A DNA stretch of 64,000 nt from an uncultured Acidimicrobiales bacterium (GTDB lineage Bacteria > Actinomycetota > Acidimicrobiia > Acidimicrobiales > UBA10347), in assembly GCA_943788915.1 (NCBI GenBank), contig CALSSD010000004.1, positions 1 through 64,000 of the forward strand, given 5' to 3'. A model generated the notes under the pieces. That model did not search any database, had not been told where the DNA came from, and saw only the letters and a list, made by a program, of their open reading frames with translations. Each line of letters opens with the position of its first letter. The first letter of the stretch is position 1. The position numbers were made by a program, and so were the translations under genes. This document shows, piece by piece, positions 17,886-30,321 of this stretch.

Positions 17886-19280
17886 TTGTCTACAGCAGAG
17901 ACCCTTTGGGCTGCCGTTGCTGATCAGCTTCGTTCACAACTTAATGATGCCGTATGGCTATCAACCTTTGCCGGCGTGAACACGATCGCAACTCATACTG
18001 AATCAGGGACGACACATATCCAGCTTGAAGTCCCAAGTGTGATCGCCAAAGACCGCATCAATTCGCGTTATCACGCGCTCGTTCAGGACGCCTTCAACGA
18101 AGTCTGCGGTCCTGATACCGAATTCAGTGTTGTTGTTCTAGTCAGCGAGGCTGATTCCACATCGATGGAACCAGTACCTACACCAGACTTCACTGCCCCA
18201 AACGTGCCGGGAACCAAATCATCTAACGGAACAGCTACCGCAGGATCCCGAGTGAACAATCGGTACACCTTCGAACGGTTTGTCACCGGTTCGTCAAACC
18301 GATTTGCCCATGCTGCAGCACTTGCCGTTGCCGAAACACCGTCGCGGTCATACAACCCGCTGTTTATTCATGGCCATGCCGGGCTGGGCAAGACCCACCT
18401 ACTCCAAGCCATTGCTCACTATGTTGGCGAAAACTATCCGACCTACCGAGTCTGTTATGTCACCACTGAAACGCTGCTGAGTGAATTTGTCGATGCTATT
18501 CGTAGTAGCACAACCACTGAATTTAAACGTCGTTATCGCGAGAACGACGTGTTGTTGATCGACGACATCCAGTTCCTTGAAGGCAAGGATGCGTTGCAGG
18601 AAGAGTTGTTTCACACCTTTAATACGCTGCACCAAGCTGATCGCCAGATCGTGCTGTCGTCGGATCGTCCGCCAGATGCCATTCCCACACTCGAAGATCG
18701 ACTTCGCAGTCGATTCAAGATGGGACTGCTCACAGACATTCAGCCTCCCGATGTAGAAACACGGCTTGCGATTCTTCGCACACGAGTCGAAAACGATGGC
18801 ATCACCATCGATCCTGACATCCTCGACTTCATCGCCAGCAACATCACCGACAATATTCGTGAGCTCGAAGGGGCGCTCATCCGAGCCACTGCCTATGCAC
18901 AGCTCACCAACGAACCACTTACCCTCGAGGTGGCCAAGAAGGTCCTATCTGACCTGGTACACGATCCCGAGCCCCGCACGATCACATCTCAGATGATCCT
19001 CAACGAGTCAGCTCGGTACTTCGATTTTCCGATCGAAGAACTCATTGGTGCAAGCCGACGCCGTCCATTGGTGAATGCTCGCCAGGTTGCTATGTATGTC
19101 ATGCGGGAGCTGACCGACATGAGCTACCCAGCTATTGCGCGTGAGTTCGGCGGACGCGATCACACCACGGTCATCCACTCGGTCGAGAAAGTCAAGAAGC
19201 TCATCGCTGAACGACGCCAGGTATATGACCAGGTCACCGAGCTCATTCAGGTCATTAAAACCGGCCGACCTGCGGCCTGA
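17886..19280 (+). CDS. dnaA: Chromosomal replication initiator DnaA
   Basis: YNPLFIHGHAGLGKTHL, LLIDDIQF, RLRSRF, NIRELEGAL and GGRDHTTVIH motifs. Confidence 0.99.
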   Translation: MSTAETLWAAVADQLRSQLNDAVWLSTFAGVNTIATHTESGTTHIQLEVPSVIAKDRINSRYHALVQDAFNEVCGPDTEFSVVVLVSEADSTSMEPVPTPDFTAPNVPGTKSSNGTATAGSRVNNRYTFERFVTGSSNRFAHAAALAVAETPSRSYNPLFIHGHAGLGKTHLLQAIAHYVGENYPTYRVCYVTTETLLSEFVDAIRSSTTTEFKRRYRENDVLLIDDIQFLEGKDALQEELFHTFNTLHQADRQIVLSSDRPPDAIPTLEDRLRSRFKMGLLTDIQPPDVETRLAILRTRVENDGITIDPDILDFIASNITDNIRELEGALIRATAYAQLTNEPLTLEVAKKVLSDLVHDPEPRTITSQMILNESARYFDFPIEELIGASRRRPLVNARQVAMYVMRELTDMSYPAIAREFGGRDHTTVIHSVEKVKKLIAERRQVYDQVTELIQVIKTGRPAA

Positions 19281-19537
19281 GACCGATCAATGCAGCACCC
19301 TCGTAGTCCACAGCCACCAGTGGACAGCATGTGGACGGCCTGTGGACGACGCCCACAATCTGAGGGGTTATCCCTCGCGGTGTCAGACCGCTCTGCGAAG
19401 CTGTGGATACCGCTTATGGTTACCCACACCCAACAATCGCGTAACGAGAACGAATTTACGGGTTCTCCACTTTTCCACAGCACTACTACTACTACTACTT
19501 TTTACTAAGAATCCGAGAGAAGAGATTAGGCGCCCCT
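19281..19537. other. oriC: Replication origin oriC (dnaA-dnaN intergenic)
   Basis: DnaA-box-like 9-mers at 19304, 19319, 19330, 19341, 19402, 19420, 19463 and 19471, followed by DnaA-trio repeats (ACT)x6 at 19482-19499 and an AT-rich run. Confidence 0.93.
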
Positions 19538-20632
19538 GTGAAACTTCGATGTGAGCGAGACACCCTTGTCGAGGCCCTCACCACTGCTGGTCGAGCGGTC
19601 TCCGGTCGTGGCGGACAACTTCCTGTCCTGTCCGGCCTTCATTTGGTCTTAACTGGTGACGAACTTGTCGTCACTGGTAGCGACTTAGAACTGACCATTG
19701 CTCGGACCCTTGAGGTCAATGGCGAGGTCGATGGTTCAGCGGTCGTTCCATCCAAGCTGTTGATCGACGTCGTTCGATCACTCGAGGCTGGTGCTATTGA
19801 GCTCGATCTCAGTGAGTTGGATCTGACAATTCGCGGCGGAAGGTCTGAGTTTTCAATTCGCACCATTCCGACCGATGAGTTCCCACAACTGGTCAGCGCC
19901 GAAGGACCAGCCGTCACTATCGAGGCTGCTTCTTTCGTTGCTGCACTTCGACAGGTAGTTCCTGCGGCGAGCAGTGATGATTCACGGCCAATTTTGACTG
20001 GTGTCTTGCTGACGCCAGTTGAGGGCGGTCTCCGTTTAGTGGCAACTGATTCATATCGGCTTGCAGTATCTGATGTTCCTGGTGCGTCGGTGCTCGAAGG
20101 TGATCAGTCGGTACTTGTGCCATCGCGGGCCTTGGCCGAAGTTCGCCGGGTTGTCGGCGATGCACCCGAGCTGACATTGCGCCTTGGCGAAAGCGACGCG
20201 GCATTTGCGATCGATGGGTTGGTTGTAACTACTCGGTTGATCGACGGTGACTTCCCGAAATACGAGGGCCTTATTCCGACCGGCGAGTCAAACTCGCTCG
20301 AAGTCAACCGTGAAACCATGCTCGATGCGGTCCGGCGTGTGCGGCTGATGGCGCAAGAATCGACGCCGCTACGGTTGGTAATGAACAGCGAAGGTCTTGA
20401 GATCGTTGCAATTACCCAAGACGTAGGCGAAGGTCATGAAACGGTCGACGCGTCCTACGACGGCGATGAACTAACCGTGGCGTTCAATCCAGCGTTCTTG
20501 GTCGACGGTCTCGATGTCGCACCCGGTGAAGAAGTTTCGCTGCAAACAATTGATTCACTCAAGCCTGCTGTCTTACGTACACCCGGAAACGAGAATTTCT
20601 TGTATCTCCTCATGCCGGTACGCGTTCCCTAG
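19538..20632 (+). CDS. dnaN: DNA polymerase III beta sliding clamp
   Basis: GSDLEL, RPILTG, VATDSYRLA, RLIDGDFPKY and C-terminal YLLMPVR. Confidence 0.99.
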   Translation: MKLRCERDTLVEALTTAGRAVSGRGGQLPVLSGLHLVLTGDELVVTGSDLELTIARTLEVNGEVDGSAVVPSKLLIDVVRSLEAGAIELDLSELDLTIRGGRSEFSIRTIPTDEFPQLVSAEGPAVTIEAASFVAALRQVVPAASSDDSRPILTGVLLTPVEGGLRLVATDSYRLAVSDVPGASVLEGDQSVLVPSRALAEVRRVVGDAPELTLRLGESDAAFAIDGLVVTTRLIDGDFPKYEGLIPTGESNSLEVNRETMLDAVRRVRLMAQESTPLRLVMNSEGLEIVAITQDVGEGHETVDASYDGDELTVAFNPAFLVDGLDVAPGEEVSLQTIDSLKPAVLRTPGNENFLYLLMPVRVP

Positions 20633-20723
20633 TCGTTTGTTGCGTCGCAGGTGTGTATGCGGGTCACAGTTGGTTGGTGGCTCTCTGATTCACATCGCGG
20701 TTGCGACTGGCCAGTAGAAGCGC

Positions 20724-21809
20724 ATGCGTCTTCGCACCATTTCACTTCGCGATTTTCGGAGTTATCCCGAACTTGACCTCGAGTTTCCTGATGGTCTGAC
20801 GTGTGTCATTGGCGAAAACGGCATTGGTAAAACCAATCTGCTGGAAGCCATCGGCTATTTGATCCACTTGAAGTCATTTCGAGCGGCTGACAACGCGGCC
20901 ATGGTGGCACTTGGATCTGATCGAGCAATTGTTCGGGGTGAAGGCGCCAGCAAGGGCCGCGAACTACTCATCGAGGCTGAGGTGCCACGGTCTGGTCGAG
21001 CCCGAGTTCAAGTTAACCGCCAGCGTCTCCAGCGTTCCGCTGATCTGGCTGCAGCGGCTCGTATTTCGGTGTTTGCTCCTGATGACTTGGCCACCATCAA
21101 GGGATCACCGGGTTTGCGCCGCGATTTCCTTGATGATTCTGTGGTCGCTTTGTGGCCGCGCCAAGATGACACCCGCCGCACCTTGGTGCAGGTGCTGCGT
21201 CAACGCAACGCGTTATTGCGACAGCGAGGCGGTCGCCTTGATGCCGACGGAGCAATGATGCTTGATATTTGGGACGAACGCCTTGCAGCCGCAGGTGAGG
21301 CTATGGGCAACGCGCGCTTGTCGCTGGTCCAAGATCTTGCGCCGTACGTCAACGCGGCGTATCGGCAATTGTCTCGCCGCGACGACAGGGTAAGTCTGCA
21401 GTACCAACCGGTGTGGTTCGCCGACGGACTTGAAGCCGCCCTTCAGAACACTCGCAAGGAGGACTTACGCCGCGGTGCCAGCCTGGTAGGTCCGCACCGC
21501 GACGATGTTGTGGTGATGTTGAATGGTGCACCAAGCAGGACGCATGCGTCTCAGGGTGAGCAGCGCACGATGGCCCTTGCGCTTCGGCTTGGTGTGCATC
21601 TGCTGTTAACCGAACGCCACGGCGAGTCGCCGTTGTTGTTGCTTGATGATGTCTTTAGCGAACTTGATCGGTTCCGGACCGCAGCGCTGTTTGAAGCCTT
21701 GCCCGTTGGGCAAGCGTTGCTCACGACCGCGGTCGCGCTCCCTGTGGGTGCAGATCCTGCGATGGTGCTCGAAGCGACGCCCGGCACCGTCTCCACGGTC
21801 AGGGAGTAG
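20724..21809 (+). CDS. recF: DNA replication/repair protein RecF
   Basis: GENGIGKTNLLEAI, GPHRDD, ASQGEQR and LLLDDVFSELD motifs. Confidence 0.98.
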   Translation: MRLRTISLRDFRSYPELDLEFPDGLTCVIGENGIGKTNLLEAIGYLIHLKSFRAADNAAMVALGSDRAIVRGEGASKGRELLIEAEVPRSGRARVQVNRQRLQRSADLAAAARISVFAPDDLATIKGSPGLRRDFLDDSVVALWPRQDDTRRTLVQVLRQRNALLRQRGGRLDADGAMMLDIWDERLAAAGEAMGNARLSLVQDLAPYVNAAYRQLSRRDDRVSLQYQPVWFADGLEAALQNTRKEDLRRGASLVGPHRDDVVVMLNGAPSRTHASQGEQRTMALALRLGVHLLLTERHGESPLLLLDDVFSELDRFRTAALFEALPVGQALLTTAVALPVGADPAMVLEATPGTVSTVRE

Positions 21810-21818
21810 CGTTGCCCC

Positions 21819-22154
21819 ATGAACGGAAGTCGAGGAAAACGTGGGTGGACGCCATTGCCTACCTATTCTTCGGCGCCCACACCACTTCTGTCGGCGCTGG
21901 ACAATCTCGCGTCCACTATGGGATTAACCAATGTTGACAGCATCAACGCGCTCTTTGTTGATTGGCCAGAAATTGTCGGCGAGCAACTCGCGCAACACTG
22001 CGCACCGCGGTCACTTCGCGACCAGATCTTGACCATCGAGGCGAGCGATCAGCAGTGGGCGACCGAGTTGAAATGGATGACCTCCTTGTTGATGGAACGG
22101 TGTTGTGTAGCTCTTGGACCCGATGCGGTAACCGACGTGCGAATCGTGCGCTGA
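21819..22154 (+). CDS. DUF721/DciA family protein
   Basis: WPEIVGEQLAQHCAP...WATEL; canonical position between recF and gyrB. Confidence 0.9.
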   Translation: MNGSRGKRGWTPLPTYSSAPTPLLSALDNLASTMGLTNVDSINALFVDWPEIVGEQLAQHCAPRSLRDQILTIEASDQQWATELKWMTSLLMERCCVALGPDAVTDVRIVR

Positions 22155-22236
22155 GAACCGCTTTTTAGAGCCAAAATTTGCGTGGTATCTGATCTGTGAT
22201 TGCCGCGGCGATGAGCCCGGCACTGTCACACCTAAG

Positions 22237-22245
22237 TGGTAGAAT
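22237..22245 (+). promoter_or_regulatory. Extended -10 element (TGG-TAGAAT), candidate gyrB promoter
   Basis: TGn plus TAGAAT about 150 nt upstream of the gyrB start. Confidence 0.55.
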
Positions 22246-22360
22246 TACAAGACTGAAATTGCACAGATATTCCGCAGTTTCGGCTTCGCATTTTGCCACG
22301 CTCGGCACTATGTGTTTCACCCTGCTGAGTTGGTGTGCACCGCGGATTTAACCACGTTGA

Positions 22361-24451
<2,091 letters not shown>

Positions 24452-24654
24452 GAAAGTTCGCTTGCTCGCCACTGTCCAAAGCCTGCAAGTCGACGATCCC
24501 CACAAGTTCTACCGATTCCACTGACGACCCGCACAAGATCCAGAGAAATCCGCCTTTCGGCTCGTTCCTCGCCGAAACGCTGTCGATAGTTCGCAAGTCC
24601 ACCTTCACCGCAAGCCAAGTATTCAAGCCCTACTGAGCCACACGTGAGAACCAC

Positions 24655-27282
24655 ATGAGTAATACCACCAATAACGACACACCTGAAGAGTCCGAAGGCG
24701 ACGACGAAGACGGCGTGGTGCGCGTCAACGTCGAGCCGATAGCAATCCAGACCGAAATGGAACAGTCGTTTCTCGACTACGCCATGTCGGTCATTGTGTC
24801 GCGAGCCTTGCCCGATGTTCGCGATGGCCTGAAGCCCGTACACCGTCGCATCATCTGGTCGATGTTCGATGGCGGATTCCGACCCGATCGATCTCACGTC
24901 AAATGTGCCCGTGTTGTTGGCGACGTCATGGGTAAGTACCACCCTCACGGCGACAGCGCTATTTACGACTCACTCGTGCGTATGGGACAGACGTTTTCGC
25001 TGCGCCACCCGCTGATTGATCCCCACGGAAACTTCGGTTCACCAAACGACCCACCAGCTGCCATGCGGTATACCGAATGTCGCCTGTCCAGCCTGGCCAT
25101 GCGCTTGATCGACGGTATCGACGAGAACACGGTTGATTTTTCTGACAACTTCGATGGCACCGAAGAAGAGCCAGTTGTCTTGCCGGCCAAGTTTCCGAAC
25201 CTGCTGGTGAATGGGAGCCAGGGTATTGCAGTGGGCATGGCCACCAGCATTCCGCCCCACAACCTGGGCGAAGTCTGCGACGCCACGCTCCACCTCATAG
25301 AGAATCCTGAATCCACGGTCGAAGACCTGATGCAGTTCGTCAAGGCACCCGACTTCCCGACGGGCGGTTTGATTCTGGGTGCTCGCGGCATCCACGATGC
25401 CTATACGACCGGACGTGGTTCAATTCGTATGCGCGCAGTGGCCGAAATTGACGAGAGCAAGACCGGTACGCCGTGGATTGTTGTTACCGAAATTCCGTAC
25501 CAAACCAGCGTCGAAGTCATCGAAGAAAAAGCTGCCGCGATGGTGAATAACGGCAAACTCGACGGCATCCGCAAGATTCGCAACGAATCAGCCAAAGGTA
25601 AGACTCGCCTCGTTTTTGAGCTGCGTCGCGACGCAGTTCCCAAGGTGGTGTTGAACAACCTGTTCAAGTACACGCCGCTGCAGACCACGTTCAGCGTCAA
25701 CATGGTTGCCCTCGACGATGGTGTGCCACTGACCATGAACCTGCTGCAGGTTCTGCAGGCCTACGTAGCCCACCAGGTCGAGGTCATCACTCGCCGGTCG
25801 CAGTTCCGCCTTGATAAGGCCCAGGCTCGAGCCCATATTCTTCAAGGCCTCCTCCGAGCGATCGACATGATCGATGAGATCATTGCCTTGATCCGAGCCT
25901 CGGAAAACCGGGGCGCAGCGCGCGAAGCACTACAGGCGGCTCCGTTCGACTTCTCCGAAGTCCAGGCCACCCACATTCTTGATCTCCCCCTTGGCCGGTT
26001 GACACGCCTTGGCCGTATCGACTTGCAGACCGAACTCGACGCGTTGGCAGAGACCATTGCTGAACTCGAAGAAATTTTGCGAAACCCAGTACGGCTGCGC
26101 GAAGTCATCTCAACCGAATTGACCGAAGTCCGTGATGGCTACGCGAACGACCGTCGTACCGCGCTCACCATCGATCCTGGTGAATTCGATATCGAAGACT
26201 TGATCGACGACGAAGAACTCATCTTCACGTTGACCGATGGTGGTTACGTCAAGACCACCCCAGCCGACGAGTTCCGCACCCAGAGTCGTGGTGGCCGCGG
26301 AGTTAAAGGTGCGCAACTCAAAGAAGGTGATCTGGTCGAGGTCATGCTGCACACCACAGCACACGCCTACATGCTCTTCTTCACGAACCTCGGCAGAGTA
26401 TTCCAGCTACGAGCACATGAGATTCCGGTACAGAGTCGTACCGCCCGGGGCACGGCGATCGTGAACCTGCTGCAGCTCGATCCGGAAGAAACAGTGATGG
26501 CTGTCGTCGACACACGCGACTACGAAACCATGCGGTACCTGCTGTTCGCGACCCAAGAAGGTGTGGTCAAAAAGACTGCGTTCAGCGCCTATGGAAATAT
26601 CCGACAGAACGGCCTACGAGCCATCAAGATGCGCGAAGACGACCAGCTGGTCCGAGTGATTCCGATCAACGGTGAAATTGATGTGTGTTTGGTGACCAAG
26701 AATGGTCGGGTAATGCGTTTCCATCCCGACGAGGTCCGAGAGATGGGTCGGGTGGCGTCGGGTGTCCGGGGCGTGAAACTCAAAGAAGGCGACAAGGTTG
26801 TGTCGTGTGCGGTAGCCCGAGACGACCACCAACTGTTGTTGGTTTCCAGCCAAGGCTTTGGCAAACGGACCCCGTTTGACTCGTTTAACACGAAACATCG
26901 TGGCGGCCAAGGGGTGACCGGCATGAAGATGCGGGGTGGGAGTGGCGAAATTGTTCGTGGCCTTTCTGTGCTCCCTGACGATGAGGCCATGCTGATTGCC
27001 AAGAGTGGCGTGATCATCCGTATGGCTGTTGGTGATATTTCCGTGCAAGGCCCGCATGCTTCCGGCGTGAGGGTCATGTCGGTGCCCGATGATGACCGGG
27101 TTAATGCGGTCACCCTGGTTCGTGAACCAGAAACCGACGACGACACCGACGACACCGACGCCGCTGACGGCACTGCAGACGATACGGCAGCTGCCGCTGA
27201 GGCTGAGCCCGGCGACACGGCAGTGGTTGACAGCGCTGCGCCGGTGATCGAAGATGATTCGGAGCTCGGCGACGCCGAGTAG
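24655..27282 (+). CDS. gyrA: DNA gyrase subunit A
   Basis: DGLKPVHRR, HPHGDSAIYD, AAMRYTE and GyrA-box QSRGGRG; beta-pinwheel C-terminal domain. Confidence 0.99.
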   Translation: MSNTTNNDTPEESEGDDEDGVVRVNVEPIAIQTEMEQSFLDYAMSVIVSRALPDVRDGLKPVHRRIIWSMFDGGFRPDRSHVKCARVVGDVMGKYHPHGDSAIYDSLVRMGQTFSLRHPLIDPHGNFGSPNDPPAAMRYTECRLSSLAMRLIDGIDENTVDFSDNFDGTEEEPVVLPAKFPNLLVNGSQGIAVGMATSIPPHNLGEVCDATLHLIENPESTVEDLMQFVKAPDFPTGGLILGARGIHDAYTTGRGSIRMRAVAEIDESKTGTPWIVVTEIPYQTSVEVIEEKAAAMVNNGKLDGIRKIRNESAKGKTRLVFELRRDAVPKVVLNNLFKYTPLQTTFSVNMVALDDGVPLTMNLLQVLQAYVAHQVEVITRRSQFRLDKAQARAHILQGLLRAIDMIDEIIALIRASENRGAAREALQAAPFDFSEVQATHILDLPLGRLTRLGRIDLQTELDALAETIAELEEILRNPVRLREVISTELTEVRDGYANDRRTALTIDPGEFDIEDLIDDEELIFTLTDGGYVKTTPADEFRTQSRGGRGVKGAQLKEGDLVEVMLHTTAHAYMLFFTNLGRVFQLRAHEIPVQSRTARGTAIVNLLQLDPEETVMAVVDTRDYETMRYLLFATQEGVVKKTAFSAYGNIRQNGLRAIKMREDDQLVRVIPINGEIDVCLVTKNGRVMRFHPDEVREMGRVASGVRGVKLKEGDKVVSCAVARDDHQLLLVSSQGFGKRTPFDSFNTKHRGGQGVTGMKMRGGSGEIVRGLSVLPDDEAMLIAKSGVIIRMAVGDISVQGPHASGVRVMSVPDDDRVNAVTLVREPETDDDTDDTDAADGTADDTAAAAEAEPGDTAVVDSAAPVIEDDSELGDAE

Positions 27283-27328
27283 CGATACGTAGTGCTTCCC
27301 CTGCACAACCAGTGTCACGGGGACACCT

Positions 27329-27847
27329 ATGTATCCGAAATTTCACAACGCGCGGTTAGATGACGAACGCGGCCAGACAACCATTGCCTTGGCTGGTGTG
27401 TTGGCGGTTGGCTGTCTAGCAGCAGTGGCGCTTTCTCTTATTGGTCAGGCAGTGGTGCACCGAGCACGGGCCCGGAATGCCGCCGATGCGGTGGCTCTCG
27501 CGGCAGCCGTCGACCCTGCCGCAGCCGAGGTGCTTCATGATTGGTATGGCGCCCGCTCCATCACCATTGAACAGCTAGCCGAACGGACCATCGCGCGAAG
27601 TGGCCCATCACAAGCTGCTGCCTGGGCGTCAACTGCCCCGCTATCGATGCAACCAGCACCAGCACTCGTCGCGATTATTGCTCGAGCCGAACAACTGCAA
27701 GAAACCACGCTTGAACCAGTGGCCTGGAATGGCACCTCGGTCACACTTTCCACCATGGATGCAGCGCAGCTGCGGGAGATTGCCAGGGAACTAGGCGTGT
27801 GTGAGACCGCCAGTGAACCGGGCACAACAACCTTCGTATTGTGTTGA
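27329..27847 (+). CDS. Tad/Flp pseudopilin-like protein (TadE/TadG-related N-terminus)
   Basis: DERG|QTT prepilin-like site, a hydrophobic helix and the ARNAADAVALAAA motif. Confidence 0.7.
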   Translation: MYPKFHNARLDDERGQTTIALAGVLAVGCLAAVALSLIGQAVVHRARARNAADAVALAAAVDPAAAEVLHDWYGARSITIEQLAERTIARSGPSQAAAWASTAPLSMQPAPALVAIIARAEQLQETTLEPVAWNGTSVTLSTMDAAQLREIARELGVCETASEPGTTTFVLC

Positions 27848-27899
27848 TTCGCGGGGGTGCGCCCAAACGTGTGAGCCAGGCATCGTAGACTTGCTCGCT

Positions 27900-28571
27900 G
27901 TGGCAGACAATGAGCCAACGATGACCGTTGACGATCCGATCTCCGACAAGCCGACGTCTGACGTATCGGCTGTCGATGACGCGACTGTTGATAGGGGTTT
28001 CTTGTTCGACGAGCAGACATTGGGACGTTCAACGAGCGTTTTTGATGCCAGCGGCGTCGACTACGCCGGTGCAGCGATGCCTCCTATGGCACCTAGTGCT
28101 GCCGCACCACCCACGGCCGAACCGCCGCGCGAACGGGCATTATCGAGTCGTGAGCGCCGTCGCCGGGTAAAACTCGAAGCTCGTCGGGTTCGACGCATTA
28201 TCCGCCACATCGAATTGTGGTCTGTTCTCAAGTTCAGCCTGCTGTTCTATTTCTGCCTGTGGCTCATCTTTGTTCTCGCTGGTGTGTTGTTGTGGAGCTT
28301 CGCGGAGAGTTCAGGAACACTTGAGAGCATCGAAGACTTGGTCGAGAGCCTGTTCGCGCTTGACGAGGCTGAAGAGTTCTGGAGTGGTGGCACGATCTTC
28401 AAGGCGTACACCGTAATGACGATGGTGATAGCGATTGCTGGTGTCACGTTTAACGTGTTGCTGGCAGCGTTATACAACCTGATCAGTGATCTGACCGGCG
28501 GGGTCCGTATCACGGTGATCGAAGAAGAGTCGGCTCGGTTTACGCCACCGAAGCGTCGTCGGCGTCGCTGA
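27900..28571 (+). CDS. DUF3566 family membrane protein
   Basis: IRHIELWSVLKFS...LYNLISDLTGGVRIT; typical position between gyrA and tRNA-Ile. Start is GTG 27900 or ATG 27921. Confidence 0.88.
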   Translation: MADNEPTMTVDDPISDKPTSDVSAVDDATVDRGFLFDEQTLGRSTSVFDASGVDYAGAAMPPMAPSAAAPPTAEPPRERALSSRERRRRVKLEARRVRRIIRHIELWSVLKFSLLFYFCLWLIFVLAGVLLWSFAESSGTLESIEDLVESLFALDEAEEFWSGGTIFKAYTVMTMVIAIAGVTFNVLLAALYNLISDLTGGVRITVIEEESARFTPPKRRRRR

Positions 28572-28809
28572 GTAATCCGGATCTCCTTCACCGATCCTGT
28601 CGGCGTATATTCGGGTTGATCTTCCCGGTGAGTTGGTGCGTGACGCGAGTGTGCGTTCGTCTTGTTCCTCGGCGAATCCATGGGAGCGGTGTACAGGGGT
28701 GGTCCTGGATCGCTGCGCTACTTGGGTGGATCAGGCGAGTAGCGCAAAAGCAAAGAAGGAGCCTGGCGCACGAAATACGTGCAACATGCTCCTCATTGCA
28801 ACCTGTTCG

Positions 28810-28883
<74 letters not shown>

Positions 28884-29103
28884 GAACAGTGCGGCGTCAG
28901 CGTAGCGTGATAGGGCCGCACGACCACCCTGTTTTTCGGGAGTAACCTGATCATATGTTCACCATGTTCCGACGGGCCGTGTTTGGTGCGGCAATTGCTG
29001 CGACAACAGCGGCAATTCTGCGTGTCTTTGGCGGTGATGGCGCACCTCCACAACGTGGTGGGTGGCGCGAGATTGACCCAAACGAGCTCTGTTAGGTCTC
29101 GTC

Positions 29104-30219
29104 GTGCCTCGAATTGCAATCCTTGGTGCGGGCGTGGTCGGCCGGCGAACCGCCATAGCGCTTCGTACGCGCGATACCAGTGACAGCATCGCCGCGGTTG
29201 GTGGCGACATGCTGCCTGGTGAGTTACCCAATGAGATCGTGTTGATATCGCACACACGACCGTCGAAGCCGTGGGGAGATGTCGAGGTCGGGCGCGGCTG
29301 GCCCCATCCGGCAGCCACCGATGCCAACATTGTGGTGTTGGCAACCGAGTCAGCTCACCAGCCTGCACTAGCGAAGCAGTTGTTGCGTGGCGGTACCCAT
29401 GTCGTAACCACAGCCGATAATCCCGACGATATTGATCGACTGTGGGCCCTTGATCCGGTTGCGCGCGAAAGTGGTGCGACGTTGGTTGTTGGTGCGGCGT
29501 ATTCGCCGGGCGTGTCAACATTGTTAGCCAGTTACCTCGCGCGTGGTCTTGATTCGGTGACCACGATCAGCACTGCGCAGTTCGGCACGGGCGGGCCAGC
29601 GTGTGCGCGCGAACATCATCGGGCAATGGGCAGCGCCGCAACCGAGGTACACCACGGGTCGCTGCGGGCATCACGAGGCGGATCAGGTCGAGAACTCGTG
29701 TGGTTTCCGGATCCGGTTGGTGCCGCGGATTGTTATCGCGCCGCATTGGCAGATCCGTTCTTACTGCATCAGGCATTTCCGAGTGTCGACCGTATTGAAT
29801 CGCGTCAGGCAGCAACCCGACGTGATCGACTCACCGCCCGGCTTCCCATGTTGCGTCCCCCACACGCAGAGGGATTGATTGGTGCAGTGTGGGCAGAAGT
29901 GCGAGGGGTGGTCAACGGCAAGGTCGAACACCGAGCGATGGCCGCGACCGCAGCACAGGCAACGGGGGCAGCCGCAATGGCTGCGGCTTTTTGCAGGGAA
30001 TTGGGAGGCGAACGAGGGATTCGTACAGGAGCCCAATCGGCCGCGACATGCGAGAATGTGATGCCATTGCTGCAATACATCTCGAATGATGTACGCCTTT
30101 GGGCCTATGACGGGTCACAAATTGTGACCACGCCGAGCGATAATCGCCCGATACATGCTGCTCGAAAGTGGCAAATCGCTAGTGAAAACGTTGTATTTTC
30201 AACGTTCTCGGGATGTTAA
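29104..30219 (+). CDS. NAD(P)-binding oxidoreductase, saccharopine dehydrogenase/Gfo-Idh-MocA-like, substrate unknown
   Basis: N-terminal Rossmann motif IAILGAGVVG; HVVTTAD; GAAYSPGVSTLLA. Confidence 0.7.
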   Translation: MPRIAILGAGVVGRRTAIALRTRDTSDSIAAVGGDMLPGELPNEIVLISHTRPSKPWGDVEVGRGWPHPAATDANIVVLATESAHQPALAKQLLRGGTHVVTTADNPDDIDRLWALDPVARESGATLVVGAAYSPGVSTLLASYLARGLDSVTTISTAQFGTGGPACAREHHRAMGSAATEVHHGSLRASRGGSGRELVWFPDPVGAADCYRAALADPFLLHQAFPSVDRIESRQAATRRDRLTARLPMLRPPHAEGLIGAVWAEVRGVVNGKVEHRAMAATAAQATGAAAMAAAFCRELGGERGIRTGAQSAATCENVMPLLQYISNDVRLWAYDGSQIVTTPSDNRPIHAARKWQIASENVVFSTFSGC

Positions 30220-30243
30220 TCCCCGTTAAGGGGTATTTTTGCC

Positions 30244-30270
30244 TAAAGTCATGCGACCTTTGGCCGATTA
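30244..30270 (+). promoter_or_regulatory. Sigma-28 promoter TAAA-N15-GCCGATTA
   Basis: One mismatch from the TAAA-N15-GCCGATAA consensus; 51 nt upstream of the sigma-28 ATG. Confidence 0.85.
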
Positions 30271-30321
30271 CTCTCTCTAAGTGGCGACAGATACGCATAG
30301 AGCGTTACGTCAAGGGAAGCC

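Noticed and set aside
17596..17979. 127-aa ORF upstream of dnaA
   Set aside because: It has no recognisable motifs, overlaps dnaA out of frame, and lies in the rpmH-dnaA promoter region.
24925..24975. Quinolone-resistance allele in GyrA
   Set aside because: The QRDR reads HGDSAIYD, with Ser and Asp at the E. coli 83 and 87 equivalents, which is the susceptible type.
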